The notes under the pieces were generated by a model. The model was not told the DNA's origin and did not search any database. It saw only the letters and a program-made list of their open reading frames with translations. Of a stretch of 54,711 nt of DNA, positions 45,001-53,892 are shown in pieces. A program made the translations under genes and the position numbers. The stretch comes from a virus (lineage: Duplodnaviria > Caudoviricetes): positions 1 through 54,711 of IMG/VR virus record IMGVR_UViG_3300030119_000989. One strand, written 5' to 3'. Every line of letters starts with the position of its first letter. The stretch's first letter is position 1.

Positions 45001-45542
45001 TGGCGTTACCACTTAATGCAAATGGGAATCCAGTGCTGGGACCGGGTGGGAAGCCTGCGTTGGATTGCGGGTGTTGTGAGTTACCAATGAAACTGACACT
45101 CACCTTGCAAAATATGGTCACACACGAGGGCTACTGCGAGACCAGTGAAAACACTGGATACTCCGCCACTTGGGGCGGAAGCTTGAATGGTGTGTATGAA
45201 ATCACTAAGGGTGAAACACAGCCAGTCGAAGGATCGACGTATTATTCCACCCAAATCAACACAGTTTCATTGTTTTTCGAGCTTTTTGCGGGTGGTGTTC
45301 GAACGTATGCCGCGACGGTAAGTTATTTCAACGTCGAAATTTTAATAGAAAATGACACAAGAAACATAACGTTTATATTGGTTCAAGCCAGCCCTAACGC
45401 TGGTAATCAATTTGCGTGGGAAAGCAGTGAAGTGCTAAAAAGCCTTGGCGACACTATCGACAACCCCGCTACATCATGTTCAACCGGTAGTACATACACA
45501 CCGACGTATAACGGCGAGGCGATTGTGGATTACACATCATGA
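45000..45542 (+). CDS. Hypothetical late protein (N-terminal CGCC)
   Basis: TAATG coupling; beta-rich. Confidence 0.55.
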   Translation: MALPLNANGNPVLGPGGKPALDCGCCELPMKLTLTLQNMVTHEGYCETSENTGYSATWGGSLNGVYEITKGETQPVEGSTYYSTQINTVSLFFELFAGGVRTYAATVSYFNVEILIENDTRNITFILVQASPNAGNQFAWESSEVLKSLGDTIDNPATSCSTGSTYTPTYNGEAIVDYTS

Positions 45543-45931
45543 TGCAATACCAACCAACTGATGACGGAGGCAGGATCGCGCAAGCAGATACCAAATTCGG
45601 ACGATACCGGATCATATGGGATGCCGAAAACAACATTACCGAAATGATGCACGAGCCACGACACCCGCAACAATCATCAGGGATGTCACATATCATTCAC
45701 GGCGCCGCAGGACTGGCAAAGGCCAAGCTCGGTATCGATCGGGCGTCGGATGGCGTGATTGAACATCGAACACAAATCTGCAAAACCTGCCCCAAATCCA
45801 TTTTTAAGGATGCGCAACTCAGAAAATGCAGTGCATGTGGCTGCGGCTTGATCGACAAAAAGCTGGTCGTCGCCAGTGAAAAATGCCCTCTCGGCAAGTG
45901 GGATGCTGTCACTGACAAACCGTCCGCTTGA
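45539..45931 (+). CDS. Cys-rich hypothetical protein
   Basis: RTQICKTCP...CSACGC...CPLGKW. Confidence 0.65.
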   Translation: MMQYQPTDDGGRIAQADTKFGRYRIIWDAENNITEMMHEPRHPQQSSGMSHIIHGAAGLAKAKLGIDRASDGVIEHRTQICKTCPKSIFKDAQLRKCSACGCGLIDKKLVVASEKCPLGKWDAVTDKPSA

Positions 45932-45972
45932 CACCGCCCGACATCCCCTTGCCGCCATCATCACCAATCCCA
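45929..45972 (+). promoter_or_regulatory. Putative late promoter motif, copy 9
   Basis: TGAC-ACCGCC-N26-CAATCCCA, four nt before ATG 45977. Confidence 0.72.
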
Positions 45973-45976
45973 TGGC

Positions 45977-46219
45977 ATGAGCCTGTCGCGCCCTGAACTC
46001 CACGAACTGAGCCCCAGCGAATTGCTGCATGTGCATCATGGTTGCATGGTGGCAATCCAAACCAGCCTTGCGGTTGGCGATGATGGCATCGATGAGTTTC
46101 TGGTACGTGCCAAAGCGGTCGCTGCTGAACTCCATAACCGCATCAGTCCCCACAACCCCATTGAAGTCCCAGATCATCGCCGCAAACTCAAGTCCGGCCG
46201 CACAAGGGCGCGGCGATGA
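45977..46219 (+). CDS. Small hypothetical protein
   Basis: ORF directly after motif copy 9. Confidence 0.55.
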   Translation: MSLSRPELHELSPSELLHVHHGCMVAIQTSLAVGDDGIDEFLVRAKAVAAELHNRISPHNPIEVPDHRRKLKSGRTRARR

Positions 46220-46302
46220 AAACCCGCTGGATCAACTGGTGGCATGTCATCGAGATGTTGGCATGGATTGCCTTTTATCTACTCGCTTTTTCTGCTGGCA
46301 CC

Positions 46303-46346
46303 TGACACCGCACTGCCCCATCAGTTGTCGAACTGCGTCAACTGCA
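46303..46346 (+). promoter_or_regulatory. Putative late promoter motif, copy 10
   Basis: TGAC-ACCGCA-N26-CAACTGCA, four nt before ATG 46351. Confidence 0.65.
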
Positions 46347-46350
46347 CAGC

Positions 46351-46800
46351 ATGGCCGAAGCGATGTCCATCACGATCACCTTGCCGCCCTCTCTGCTCCC
46401 CACAGATCAGGTGTACATCATTGTGGATGGCGAGACGGACACGATCACCGAGAACCTACTGGGGATTGAACGCGCGAGTCAAGGGTTTGGCCATGGTCTA
46501 TTTGGTGCCACCGCGTTTGGCTCATCTGTGCAGGGTCCCGGATTCGGCAACGGTCCCTTTGGGCTTGGACCTGTAGGACATGGCATTGACACGGTGACGC
46601 TCAGCACTGTCACAGAGTATGTGGCTGGCGACTACCAGGTGAAAACACAATCGATCGATGATCTAGGCAATACTGGAACTGCGTCTGCTGAAGCGACAAT
46701 CCAACACCGCCCCACACCACCCCCACCATACAGCTTGGCAATCACCACGGGGACGGACCTGCTGACATGGAGTTGGCAAGACCCCGCCCCAATCGCGTGA
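46351..46800 (+). CDS. Putative structural protein with GFG repeats
   Basis: GFGHGLFG..FG...GFGNGPFG; Fn3-like DDLGN motif. Confidence 0.55.
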   Translation: MAEAMSITITLPPSLLPTDQVYIIVDGETDTITENLLGIERASQGFGHGLFGATAFGSSVQGPGFGNGPFGLGPVGHGIDTVTLSTVTEYVAGDYQVKTQSIDDLGNTGTASAEATIQHRPTPPPPYSLAITTGTDLLTWSWQDPAPIA

Positions 46801-46817
46801 GCAAGTGAGTGATACCC

Positions 46818-47411
46818 ATGGCCGAAAAAGCATTGACAAACACACAGGCCAACGCACTGGCCGCCACAACCAATGCCACGACCGGCATGACCTATCCAAC
46901 TGCAAATGAAGACCCTTGGATGGCTGCGTACAACCGTCAGTTGGATCAGGTCAACGCCGTCGCGGTGCGCGGTAATGACCTTCGTGTGTATGAGGTCGAC
47001 GGCAACGCGGACGCCATCGGTGTTCGCCCGGGGCGAAAAGCCTTTGCCAACACCGTGCTGATCTATGCAGGTGCTGATCCTGCTGTGGACTCCCTGACCG
47101 ACAACGACACCACATACATTTGGCTCTACAACGCGTCAGGCGCCGCGACCATCGGATCAGCCATTGATGCCACCGGATGGCCTGCTGTTCCTCACGTAAA
47201 GCTGGCCGAGGTCACGATGGCCGACGGTGTGATCACCAGCATCCTCGATCGCCGCGGAGAAGGTCTGTCGGACATCCTCTTGCCCGTCTACGACGACGCT
47301 GGCCGCCCTGCTGCTGGCTATGCCGGTCGCATGATCTTCAACAGCGATGACGGTCATCTCAACATTGATGACGGAACCAACTGGACGCTGCCCGATGGCA
47401 CGACCACTTAA
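46818..47411 (+). CDS. Putative tail-fibre-like structural protein
   Basis: TGMTYPTANEDPW N-terminus; PAAGYAGRMIFNSD...DGTNW C-terminus. Confidence 0.55.
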   Translation: MAEKALTNTQANALAATTNATTGMTYPTANEDPWMAAYNRQLDQVNAVAVRGNDLRVYEVDGNADAIGVRPGRKAFANTVLIYAGADPAVDSLTDNDTTYIWLYNASGAATIGSAIDATGWPAVPHVKLAEVTMADGVITSILDRRGEGLSDILLPVYDDAGRPAAGYAGRMIFNSDDGHLNIDDGTNWTLPDGTTT

Positions 47412-47440
47412 TCACATTTTTCAACTGCAAGGAGAGCCCC

Positions 47441-48037
47441 ATGAAATCCTGTATGTCCCTTCTCATCCTTTTGGTGATCGGCCTGTTTGTGACCGGCTGC
47501 TCCACCGTCAACCAAGTCAGCCTGGACAAAGACACCATCAAGGCCAATGCGACCACGGCGTCCGTCATTCGCAACCAGGACGGCTCCGGCGTCTCCCAGG
47601 CAAGCCAAGCTGCTTCCCAATTGAAAGACGATGACATCCTGCTGACCACGGCCGGCACCGGAAGCATGCTGAGTATCAAGAAAGGCGATGTACTGGTTCG
47701 CGCATGGCTGCCCAAGGATGCCAAAATCAAAAACCTGAAATTCCTTAAGGGCGCAGACGGATCACCTGAACTGAATATCGAAGAACTCGTGGTCACCGGT
47801 AGCACTGTCATTGACGCTGCTGACGACCAGGTTGATAAGGCACTCGATACCCAGGGCAGCATGACGGATGTCGAAGCTGAGGCCCGTAAGGATGTTGCCG
47901 GAAAGGCCGTCGAAGCCGCCAAGGACATCGTCAAATCCGTTGGTGATGCGGTCGATACCGACGTCTCCATTGGCACCGGCGACAGTGAACCCGCTCCCGA
48001 ATCAAGCACCGCAACCAAGCCCGAATCAACCGAATGA
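47441..48037 (+). CDS. Lipoprotein, possible lysis/spanin-like component
   Basis: Lipobox LFVTGC; AAGGAG RBS. Confidence 0.65.
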   Translation: MKSCMSLLILLVIGLFVTGCSTVNQVSLDKDTIKANATTASVIRNQDGSGVSQASQAASQLKDDDILLTTAGTGSMLSIKKGDVLVRAWLPKDAKIKNLKFLKGADGSPELNIEELVVTGSTVIDAADDQVDKALDTQGSMTDVEAEARKDVAGKAVEAAKDIVKSVGDAVDTDVSIGTGDSEPAPESSTATKPESTE

Positions 48038-48660
48038 GTACCAACCGCATCTATCTCGTCCACGGTTTCAACGTCAGTGATGGCGGTGCCGGATCAATCG
48101 GCCGTCTCGCTGAACCGTTGCAAGAAGCCGGTCTAAAGACCCATCCACTTCGGTATGGATGGTGGGGCCTGCTCATGTCCCGCTTCGGCAACATGGGTCT
48201 GTCCCAAGCGATCGGCGACATGATGGACGAGGGTGATGCGTTCGTGGCTCACTCCAACGGTTGCGACCTGGTGCGACGATTGTCATGGATGGATGTGCCG
48301 CCATTCTCCGCGGTCTTGATCAATCCCGCCCTGGACCGTGACACCGACTTCGGGCCGCGTCTCAACCAAGCCCTGGTCATGTACAACCGATGTGACTGGG
48401 CTGTGTGGCTAGCTCGCTGGCTGATCATGCATCCCTGGGGCGCCATGGGACGCAAAGGCTACAAGGGCAATGACCCGCGAATCGACAATCTGGACTGCTG
48501 GCCGATGGCCAAAGGACATAGCGGCGTGTTCCGACGTCCGGAGTACTGGTCAAAGATCATCGTAGGTTATCTGCATCCTCAGGCAAGTGGCAAAAACTCA
48601 CCCATGCCACAGAGAACGAACCAGAATCCCATCTGCAGGCCTGTGCAGGATTCATCCTGA
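48034..48660 (+). CDS. Alpha/beta hydrolase (lipase/esterase-like)
   Basis: LVHGFN oxyanion motif, AHSNG nucleophile, Asp in NRCDW and His in KGHSG. Confidence 0.85.
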   Translation: MSTNRIYLVHGFNVSDGGAGSIGRLAEPLQEAGLKTHPLRYGWWGLLMSRFGNMGLSQAIGDMMDEGDAFVAHSNGCDLVRRLSWMDVPPFSAVLINPALDRDTDFGPRLNQALVMYNRCDWAVWLARWLIMHPWGAMGRKGYKGNDPRIDNLDCWPMAKGHSGVFRRPEYWSKIIVGYLHPQASGKNSPMPQRTNQNPICRPVQDSS

Positions 48661-48710
48661 ACGATTGCGACATTCCTACCCGGCATGGACTTGCTCGTTC
48701 TCTTTGCCAC

Positions 48711-48754
48711 GCACCCCGTCGATCTTGGGCCTTTGGTCGGCGGGGTGTTTTTGT
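48711..48754 (+). terminator. Intrinsic terminator ending the late operon
   Basis: GCACCCCGTCGA...TCGGCGGGGTGT followed by a T-run. Confidence 0.75.
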
Positions 48755-48907
48755 GTTTACCGGGAATGGATACAAAATCAGAAAATGGACTTACTGCATT
48801 TCACTGCATTTCGGTGTCTGCCAGGTGTTTCTTGGTTGTGATGGGTAGCGATGATCCGCATTATTGAGCCAGAAACGCTGATTCTGAACTGCTGAGTGGG
48901 GTCAAAA

Positions 48908-48954
48908 CACGCTTCACACGCGTGAGGTCACAGGTTCGAGCCCTGTATCGCCCA
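48908..48954 (+). other. att site: 3' fragment of tRNA-Val(CAC)
   Basis: CACGC-TTCACAC-GCGTG anticodon arm, ACAGG-TTCGAGC-CCTGT T-arm, ATCGCCC-A; the 5' acceptor strand and D-arm are absent. Confidence 0.88.
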
Positions 48955-50220
48955 TTCCCCGGTAAAGTCTGTATTTGACAGAACTTGCCGACCATGGACA
49001 AACCCCTTGTTTTCAGGGGTTTTTTCATGCGCACCCTTTTTACATGTCATGCCCTGACCATGTCCGTCGGACGGTGACTGCTGCGCTTTTTGCTGCGCCT
49101 GTCCCCTGCCGATTGCTTTTCTAAAATCAGCATCCCTGTCAATGCTCATGGCATAGTGTTTGGCAGCAACGGCAGGTGAATTACCAATCCACTTACAGAC
49201 AGTCGATAAGTCATACTCCCGCATCAATTCAGATTCCCGGCTTGCACGAAGATTTTGCCATAATCGCGGCCAGGGTTCAAAGCCGGCAGATCGGATAATC
49301 CGTATGAATTGGGTTCTGAGATTTTGTGTTGCATCCCGGTAACGTGTAATGACATGGACGGCACCTGGTTCAGCAGCTTCAAAAGCGTCCATCAACAGTG
49401 TCCGTAATTCAGGAAACATCGGGACGGTTCTGACAGCATGACCGTCATGGTGTTCAGTTTTGATCGACCGGACCCGCAATGCCCCAGCCTCCCAATCGAC
49501 ATCAGCCCAAGTCAGTGCCAAATGCTCAGACGGGCAACGCAAGCCACCCCATCGACTCAGGCCAATAAGCAAACGCCATTGCACATCGGAGCAAGCATCA
49601 ATAATCGTTTGGATCGTGTCAGCAGGTACAAAAAACTTTCGGCTTTCGTTTTGCTGTGTGCCAGATCGGATTCCTTCAAATGGGTTGGAACTCGTCAGCT
49701 TCCATCGAATAGCTTTACGCCAAAACGTTCGAGCAGCCACGACACGCCGCGCCACGGTTGGGATAGCTAATCCCTGATTCTCCACCAGCCATGACCGCCA
49801 GGCATCAGCATCCGCCTCTGTGATATCAGCAAGCAAGCGACTTGCATTGAAAAAGTCCAACAGGTTTCTTTTGGTATGCCCGTAGGATTTAAACGTTGCC
49901 GGCTTGCCGTTGATCGTCTTCATATATCGGCCCAGGAAGTCGCCCAGCGTCGTTTGTGTCACGCCTACCCCATCAGCCAGCCCAACGGCTCGAAGCTTTG
50001 AGAGCAACGTTTCATCCAGCGATGCAAGCCACTGTGAGACTTCCGCATCGTGTGGCCGACTTTGCAGCTTGTCAGCAATGATCGTTTCAACCTTCGCCAT
50101 GATGGACCGCGCTGCCTTGGCGTTTGTCCTGCCAAGTCGCACAGATCGCCGTTTACCGTTTGGCGTTAGTGTGAAGTCAATGCGTCGTAGTCCATCGTTA
50201 TAAGTTACAAGTGATGCCAT
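48928..50220 (-). CDS. int: Tyrosine recombinase / integrase of the second element
   Basis: GGLRCPSE, KT, QNLRASR, WIGNS, KHY; stop codon lies inside the tRNA fragment. Confidence 0.92.
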   Translation of the reverse strand: MASLVTYNDGLRRIDFTLTPNGKRRSVRLGRTNAKAARSIMAKVETIIADKLQSRPHDAEVSQWLASLDETLLSKLRAVGLADGVGVTQTTLGDFLGRYMKTINGKPATFKSYGHTKRNLLDFFNASRLLADITEADADAWRSWLVENQGLAIPTVARRVVAARTFWRKAIRWKLTSSNPFEGIRSGTQQNESRKFFVPADTIQTIIDACSDVQWRLLIGLSRWGGLRCPSEHLALTWADVDWEAGALRVRSIKTEHHDGHAVRTVPMFPELRTLLMDAFEAAEPGAVHVITRYRDATQNLRTQFIRIIRSAGFEPWPRLWQNLRASRESELMREYDLSTVCKWIGNSPAVAAKHYAMSIDRDADFRKAIGRGQAQQKAQQSPSDGHGQGMTCKKGAHEKTPENKGFVHGRQVLSNTDFTGEWAIQGSNL

Positions 50221-50225
50221 TTTGT

Positions 50226-50459
50226 TTATCCCCTCCGCCGGCGATTGATTCGTCGGCTTTCAATTCCAAAGTATTCAGCTAGTCGGTCAGCCAGATCAAG
50301 GCGCAGCGACGTCTCATTGTGCATGAACCGCAGCAGTGAAGAATGTCGAAGTCCTGTCGCCTTGGCCACAGCCCGTACTGATTCAACCTCGCGCAGTGCT
50401 TCACGAAGCAAAGCGGTCAAGTTTTTTTCCTTTGTTGACATGGTGTTTATTTTGACCAA
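50226..50459 (-). CDS. Small XRE-type HTH protein
   Basis: SVRAVAKATGLRHSSLLRFM......LDLADRLAEYFG. Confidence 0.8.
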   Translation of the reverse strand: MVKINTMSTKEKNLTALLREALREVESVRAVAKATGLRHSSLLRFMHNETSLRLDLADRLAEYFGIESRRINRRRRG

Positions 50460-50564
50460 TCGCCGTATTCAGGTCAATAGTAATTGCGGGTTTATCTGCT
50501 TTACTTTGTATTCACGTGCGAAGCCTTGAGCGCATGCACGTGCTTATGGTTCTTTATGGAATAG

Positions 50565-50631
50565 GTGACGTATACGTCATCAGTAATTGCACGGAAATGT
50601 CACCAGTGCTAGTGACGTACACGTCATCAGT
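50565..50631. repeat. Two 20-bp direct repeats with palindromic core, candidate origin of the second element
   Basis: GTGACGTATACGTCATCAGT (50565) and GTGACGTACACGTCATCAGT (50612), directly after the wHTH gene. Confidence 0.65.
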
Positions 50632-51026
50632 CACTTGTCTGTTACACTCGCCAATGGGAATATGCGATATGTAGACGCCCCACGGTTCAGACCGCCACGA
50701 TAAATGCGTTTTACCAAGCCACGCTTACAGAGCTTTCCGATGGCGTCCAGTGTGCGTCGTGGACTTGTGCCGGCTCGCTTTGCAATATAGGCGGCACTTG
50801 TACATGCGGTTCCCTTACGTTCATCCCGGTAGAGTACCAGCCAAACAGCGAGTTCGGACCGTGTCAGGTTGGCCATGCTGCAATCGACAAACGAATTGAG
50901 TACCACAAAGCGGTCACGTGTTCGCCGCTTGTCTCCTTTGCCGTGCTTAGGCTTTGCGGTTCGCGGTTCGTCATCCATCGGTGGCAGGACATCACCAGCA
51001 GGGATAATGCGGCTCTCACTCATCAT
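50631..51026 (-). CDS. Winged-HTH replication-associated protein
   Basis: LTRSELAVWLVLY....S...IAKRAGTSPRRTLDAIGKLCKRGLV....G......Y. Confidence 0.7.
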   Translation of the reverse strand: MMSESRIIPAGDVLPPMDDEPRTAKPKHGKGDKRRTRDRFVVLNSFVDCSMANLTRSELAVWLVLYRDERKGTACTSAAYIAKRAGTSPRRTLDAIGKLCKRGLVKRIYRGGLNRGASTYRIFPLASVTDK

Positions 51027-51963
51027 CGCACCCCGCTTCATCAGCAGCGGCAGGGGTACGTTTCCAAAGTTCGGCCACAGCGTTTGAAAGTTTCCGGATT
51101 GGAATTGCCGGCGTACCCGTTTCGCTTGCTGCTGGCTCAAAGTGTTGCCGTTTGCGGTCGAATGTTAGCGACAAGTCGCGGCACTCACCATGTCTTGATT
51201 TAAGATGTTTTAACGTCATCAGGTCGCCGGTCGAGTCGTCAGAATCCGGATACAGAATAAAGGCGTCATCGGCCCCAAATTCCAGTTCCGAGCTTTCGCG
51301 GAAGCTGGCAAGATTCAACCCCTCACCGGCATAACTTGAACGCCCCTTACTGTCTTTGGAGCGTCCTACAGCGCTTACCACAATGACAGCCACACCAGCA
51401 TCGGCGAATTGCCGTAAGCAATCCATCGTCCGATTGACGCGGCCCCGGTCAGGCTCATGGTCCCCCGGTAATGCAATGCGTTGAATGTAATCCAGAACCA
51501 GCAGATCAGCACCAAATTCATCGGCAGTAGCGGCCACGTTGCCCAAGTCAAACGGCGGTCGGACAAAACACAGTCGGTCGGCTACACTCTCAAGCGTTGT
51601 CATGCCTTGGTCGATGCGGTCGCCGTGTTGAGATTCCAGCCGGCGGTAGCGAATCGTCGTCAGGTCCACGCCCGACAATCTGGAAAGCTGGCGATCCATC
51701 AGCACCGTTGGCGGCATTTCGATATTGCATACCAATACCCGCAAGGCCGGTGTGAATCGCAGAGCATCGAGAACGCCTTGCATGGCAAAGGCGGTATTGC
51801 CGGCTCCTGGTGCGCCACCGATCAATGTTACCAGCCCCGGCCCGACTTCCAGCCGGCTCAATGCCCCAGCCCCCATGGGATAGAACGTCGGTTGTCTGCT
51901 GGTCATCAAGTCATCGCGCCACGATCCCAGTACATTTTCAGCGGTGGTGTAATTGCTTGTCAT
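51016..51963 (-). CDS. DnaB/RecA-like helicase with altered Walker A
   Basis: GGAPGAGNT, NIEM, LVLDYIQ, FRESSELEFGADD, LKSRHG. Confidence 0.85.
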   Translation of the reverse strand: MTSNYTTAENVLGSWRDDLMTSRQPTFYPMGAGALSRLEVGPGLVTLIGGAPGAGNTAFAMQGVLDALRFTPALRVLVCNIEMPPTVLMDRQLSRLSGVDLTTIRYRRLESQHGDRIDQGMTTLESVADRLCFVRPPFDLGNVAATADEFGADLLVLDYIQRIALPGDHEPDRGRVNRTMDCLRQFADAGVAVIVVSAVGRSKDSKGRSSYAGEGLNLASFRESSELEFGADDAFILYPDSDDSTGDLMTLKHLKSRHGECRDLSLTFDRKRQHFEPAASETGTPAIPIRKLSNAVAELWKRTPAAADEAGCDDE

Positions 51964-52952
51964 GCTATACCCCCTTTAATGCCGTGTTCATATCCGCACC
52001 GAATCTGCCGTTCGACTTCCGATGGCGGCAAACCCGAATCACGCGCCGGCTCACTAAGCAGTCCGTGGCATAGGTGTAGTGGTGCACCACATTCAGCTAG
52101 ATTCGCCGATGCGCTGAATAACAACCGGTGGCGGTCACCAGTCGTCGCACCTTCGCGGAGAAAATGCAGCGTTAGTGAGTTGAGCTTTGCCGATACGTCA
52201 CCTTTGACCACGGCATCACGGCGTTTGAGCATCGCTTTACTTTCATTCTGCACTTGCTCAGTAGCGGCATTCCATGCGGCAGGCAATTCAAAGCCACATT
52301 TCCCGTCGCCAAGTTCTGCCAATTCGAACGGCTCAGGCTCGCAGGCAAGTTCAACGATGCGATCAACACCCGTGTAGAGCAGTTCATCCACTGTCAAACG
52401 GCGTTTGTGTAATCCCGTTTTGGGGTGACGTGAGTTTGGGGCGCGGAAAGCCCGGACACAATCATAAACCCCCGTATCAATTACGATACCAGCTTGCTCA
52501 GCAACTTGCTCAGCAAACCGTCGGGCAATCCGGTGAAACATCGGCCCCGGTTTGGGACCGAAGCCCCACAGCGGCAGGCCCACGTGAAAGCCCTTGGAGC
52601 CAGAGAAGAATACCAGCAGTGAATCATCACTTACAGTGAAGCGTTCACCCAATTGCACGCAAAGCGTTCTAGCGTCATTTAGGGCGAGCACAAGATCATC
52701 GGCCCGGTCAATGTCCCACCAGCACCACAAGGCACCACACGACCCCTTATAGGCACGTGTGGAGCCAGTGCGTTGCAGGTGATCGCGAAAGTCGCACCCA
52801 AACGTGAAAGCCGATAGATAGCCCTCGTTACTCACCCCAGCCTTGGCATTTGCCGAGCAGTACGCAGCAAATGCTTTCGGCCAATCAATCAGCTTTCGGT
52901 CGCCGGTACATGCTCCGACAATCCGAAAACCGAAAGGGGTTGCATTACTCAT
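51960..52952 (-). CDS. AEP-family primase
   Basis: WWDID, FSGSKGFH, DTGVYD...RAPNSRH. Confidence 0.85.
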   Translation of the reverse strand: MSNATPFGFRIVGACTGDRKLIDWPKAFAAYCSANAKAGVSNEGYLSAFTFGCDFRDHLQRTGSTRAYKGSCGALWCWWDIDRADDLVLALNDARTLCVQLGERFTVSDDSLLVFFSGSKGFHVGLPLWGFGPKPGPMFHRIARRFAEQVAEQAGIVIDTGVYDCVRAFRAPNSRHPKTGLHKRRLTVDELLYTGVDRIVELACEPEPFELAELGDGKCGFELPAAWNAATEQVQNESKAMLKRRDAVVKGDVSAKLNSLTLHFLREGATTGDRHRLLFSASANLAECGAPLHLCHGLLSEPARDSGLPPSEVERQIRCGYEHGIKGGIA

Positions 52953-53439
52953 GGCTTACCCCCTCAGCTTGTCCCGGTTCGTCCGGTGCAAAGTCATTGT
53001 CAGCGGTCGGGTCAGCGTCGATTCCGACTACCACAAACGATTGAACACGGTTGTACTCCGCGCCGTCATCTTCGCGTCGTAACGTCACCTTGACAGTGCA
53101 ACGGATGCCCAGCGGTAGAGGCATTTCCAATTGTTCCAAGCTAGTGACGCCAAGTTTGCCCAGGTCCCTCTTGGCCATAGGCAATGCGGTAGCGGTCAGC
53201 CACACGTCATGCCAAAGTTGACGCCCGGTGTGTTCGCCTTCCAATATTCGGAAAGTCAGCTTGTATCCTGGAGTCCCACTTCGTGCTGTGAACAGTTCCC
53301 CGGCGGTCACATGGGTGGTATACGTTCCAGCTGGCAGGGGTGAAAAATCTCCGGCGGCTTGGGTCGATTGCCATTGCTGGTGTAGTGAGTCGGTTCCGCC
53401 GTTGAGAATGTCCGACAGTTTGGGGCGATTGTTCAACAT
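52945..53439 (-). CDS. DUF669-like ssDNA-binding protein
   Basis: FSPLPAGTY......G...YKLTFRILEGEHTGRQLW....YNRV. Confidence 0.75.
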   Translation of the reverse strand: MLNNRPKLSDILNGGTDSLHQQWQSTQAAGDFSPLPAGTYTTHVTAGELFTARSGTPGYKLTFRILEGEHTGRQLWHDVWLTATALPMAKRDLGKLGVTSLEQLEMPLPLGIRCTVKVTLRREDDGAEYNRVQSFVVVGIDADPTADNDFAPDEPGQAEGVSHE

Positions 53440-53684
53440 TTCGCACCCCCTTTACGGCAAGTCGGACAGCCGGCGTCAATCCAATCACGCAGTTCAACAG
53501 CACGCCAGCGAACTAGCGCCCCCAGTTTGACTGGTTGCGGCATCCGGCCCATGTCAGAAAGCCGGTAAACGGTGCGCGACGATGCGTTGAGCATTTTGGC
53601 GACTTGGCGAACGTCAAGCAATACGGGTCGGCTCATTTCGACCCCGGCGTCAGCCCCGCCGGTGGGTTTAGAAGTGAAAGCCAT
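53433..53684 (-). CDS. AlpA-family excisionase/regulator
   Basis: LLDVRQVAKMLNASSRTVYRLSDMGRMPQPVKLGALVRWRAVELRDWI. Confidence 0.88.
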   Translation of the reverse strand: MAFTSKPTGGADAGVEMSRPVLLDVRQVAKMLNASSRTVYRLSDMGRMPQPVKLGALVRWRAVELRDWIDAGCPTCRKGGAKC

Positions 53685-53892
53685 TGGGCTATCTCCGTAA
53701 CAGGTCGGGCCAGCATCCTTACCGGTGTGTCGCCTGTTATGGAAAGTTTATTGGCAGTTCCAGACAGAATACCCATTTACGGTTTTCTGGAATCATAATT
53801 GCCAGCACACGCCAAGCAAGTTCTTTTTTATTAAGAAGTTGCCACACCTACGTTTTTTCTTTCCAGAAAACCTATTGCTCCAGAAAACTTAA

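Larger units (their letters stand above)
1..48954. mobile_element. Temperate prophage (siphovirus-like tail, Mu-like head module, tyrosine integrase), apparently complete except for its left att site
   Basis: Integrase at the left end; early, immunity and late modules in order; terminase, portal, capsid and tape measure present; no sheath gene seen; tRNA 3' fragment at the right end. Confidence 0.93.

Noticed and set aside
48880-48954. Intact tRNA-Val gene
   Set aside because: No GGGCGAT 5' acceptor strand or D-arm upstream of the anticodon arm; it is an att fragment.
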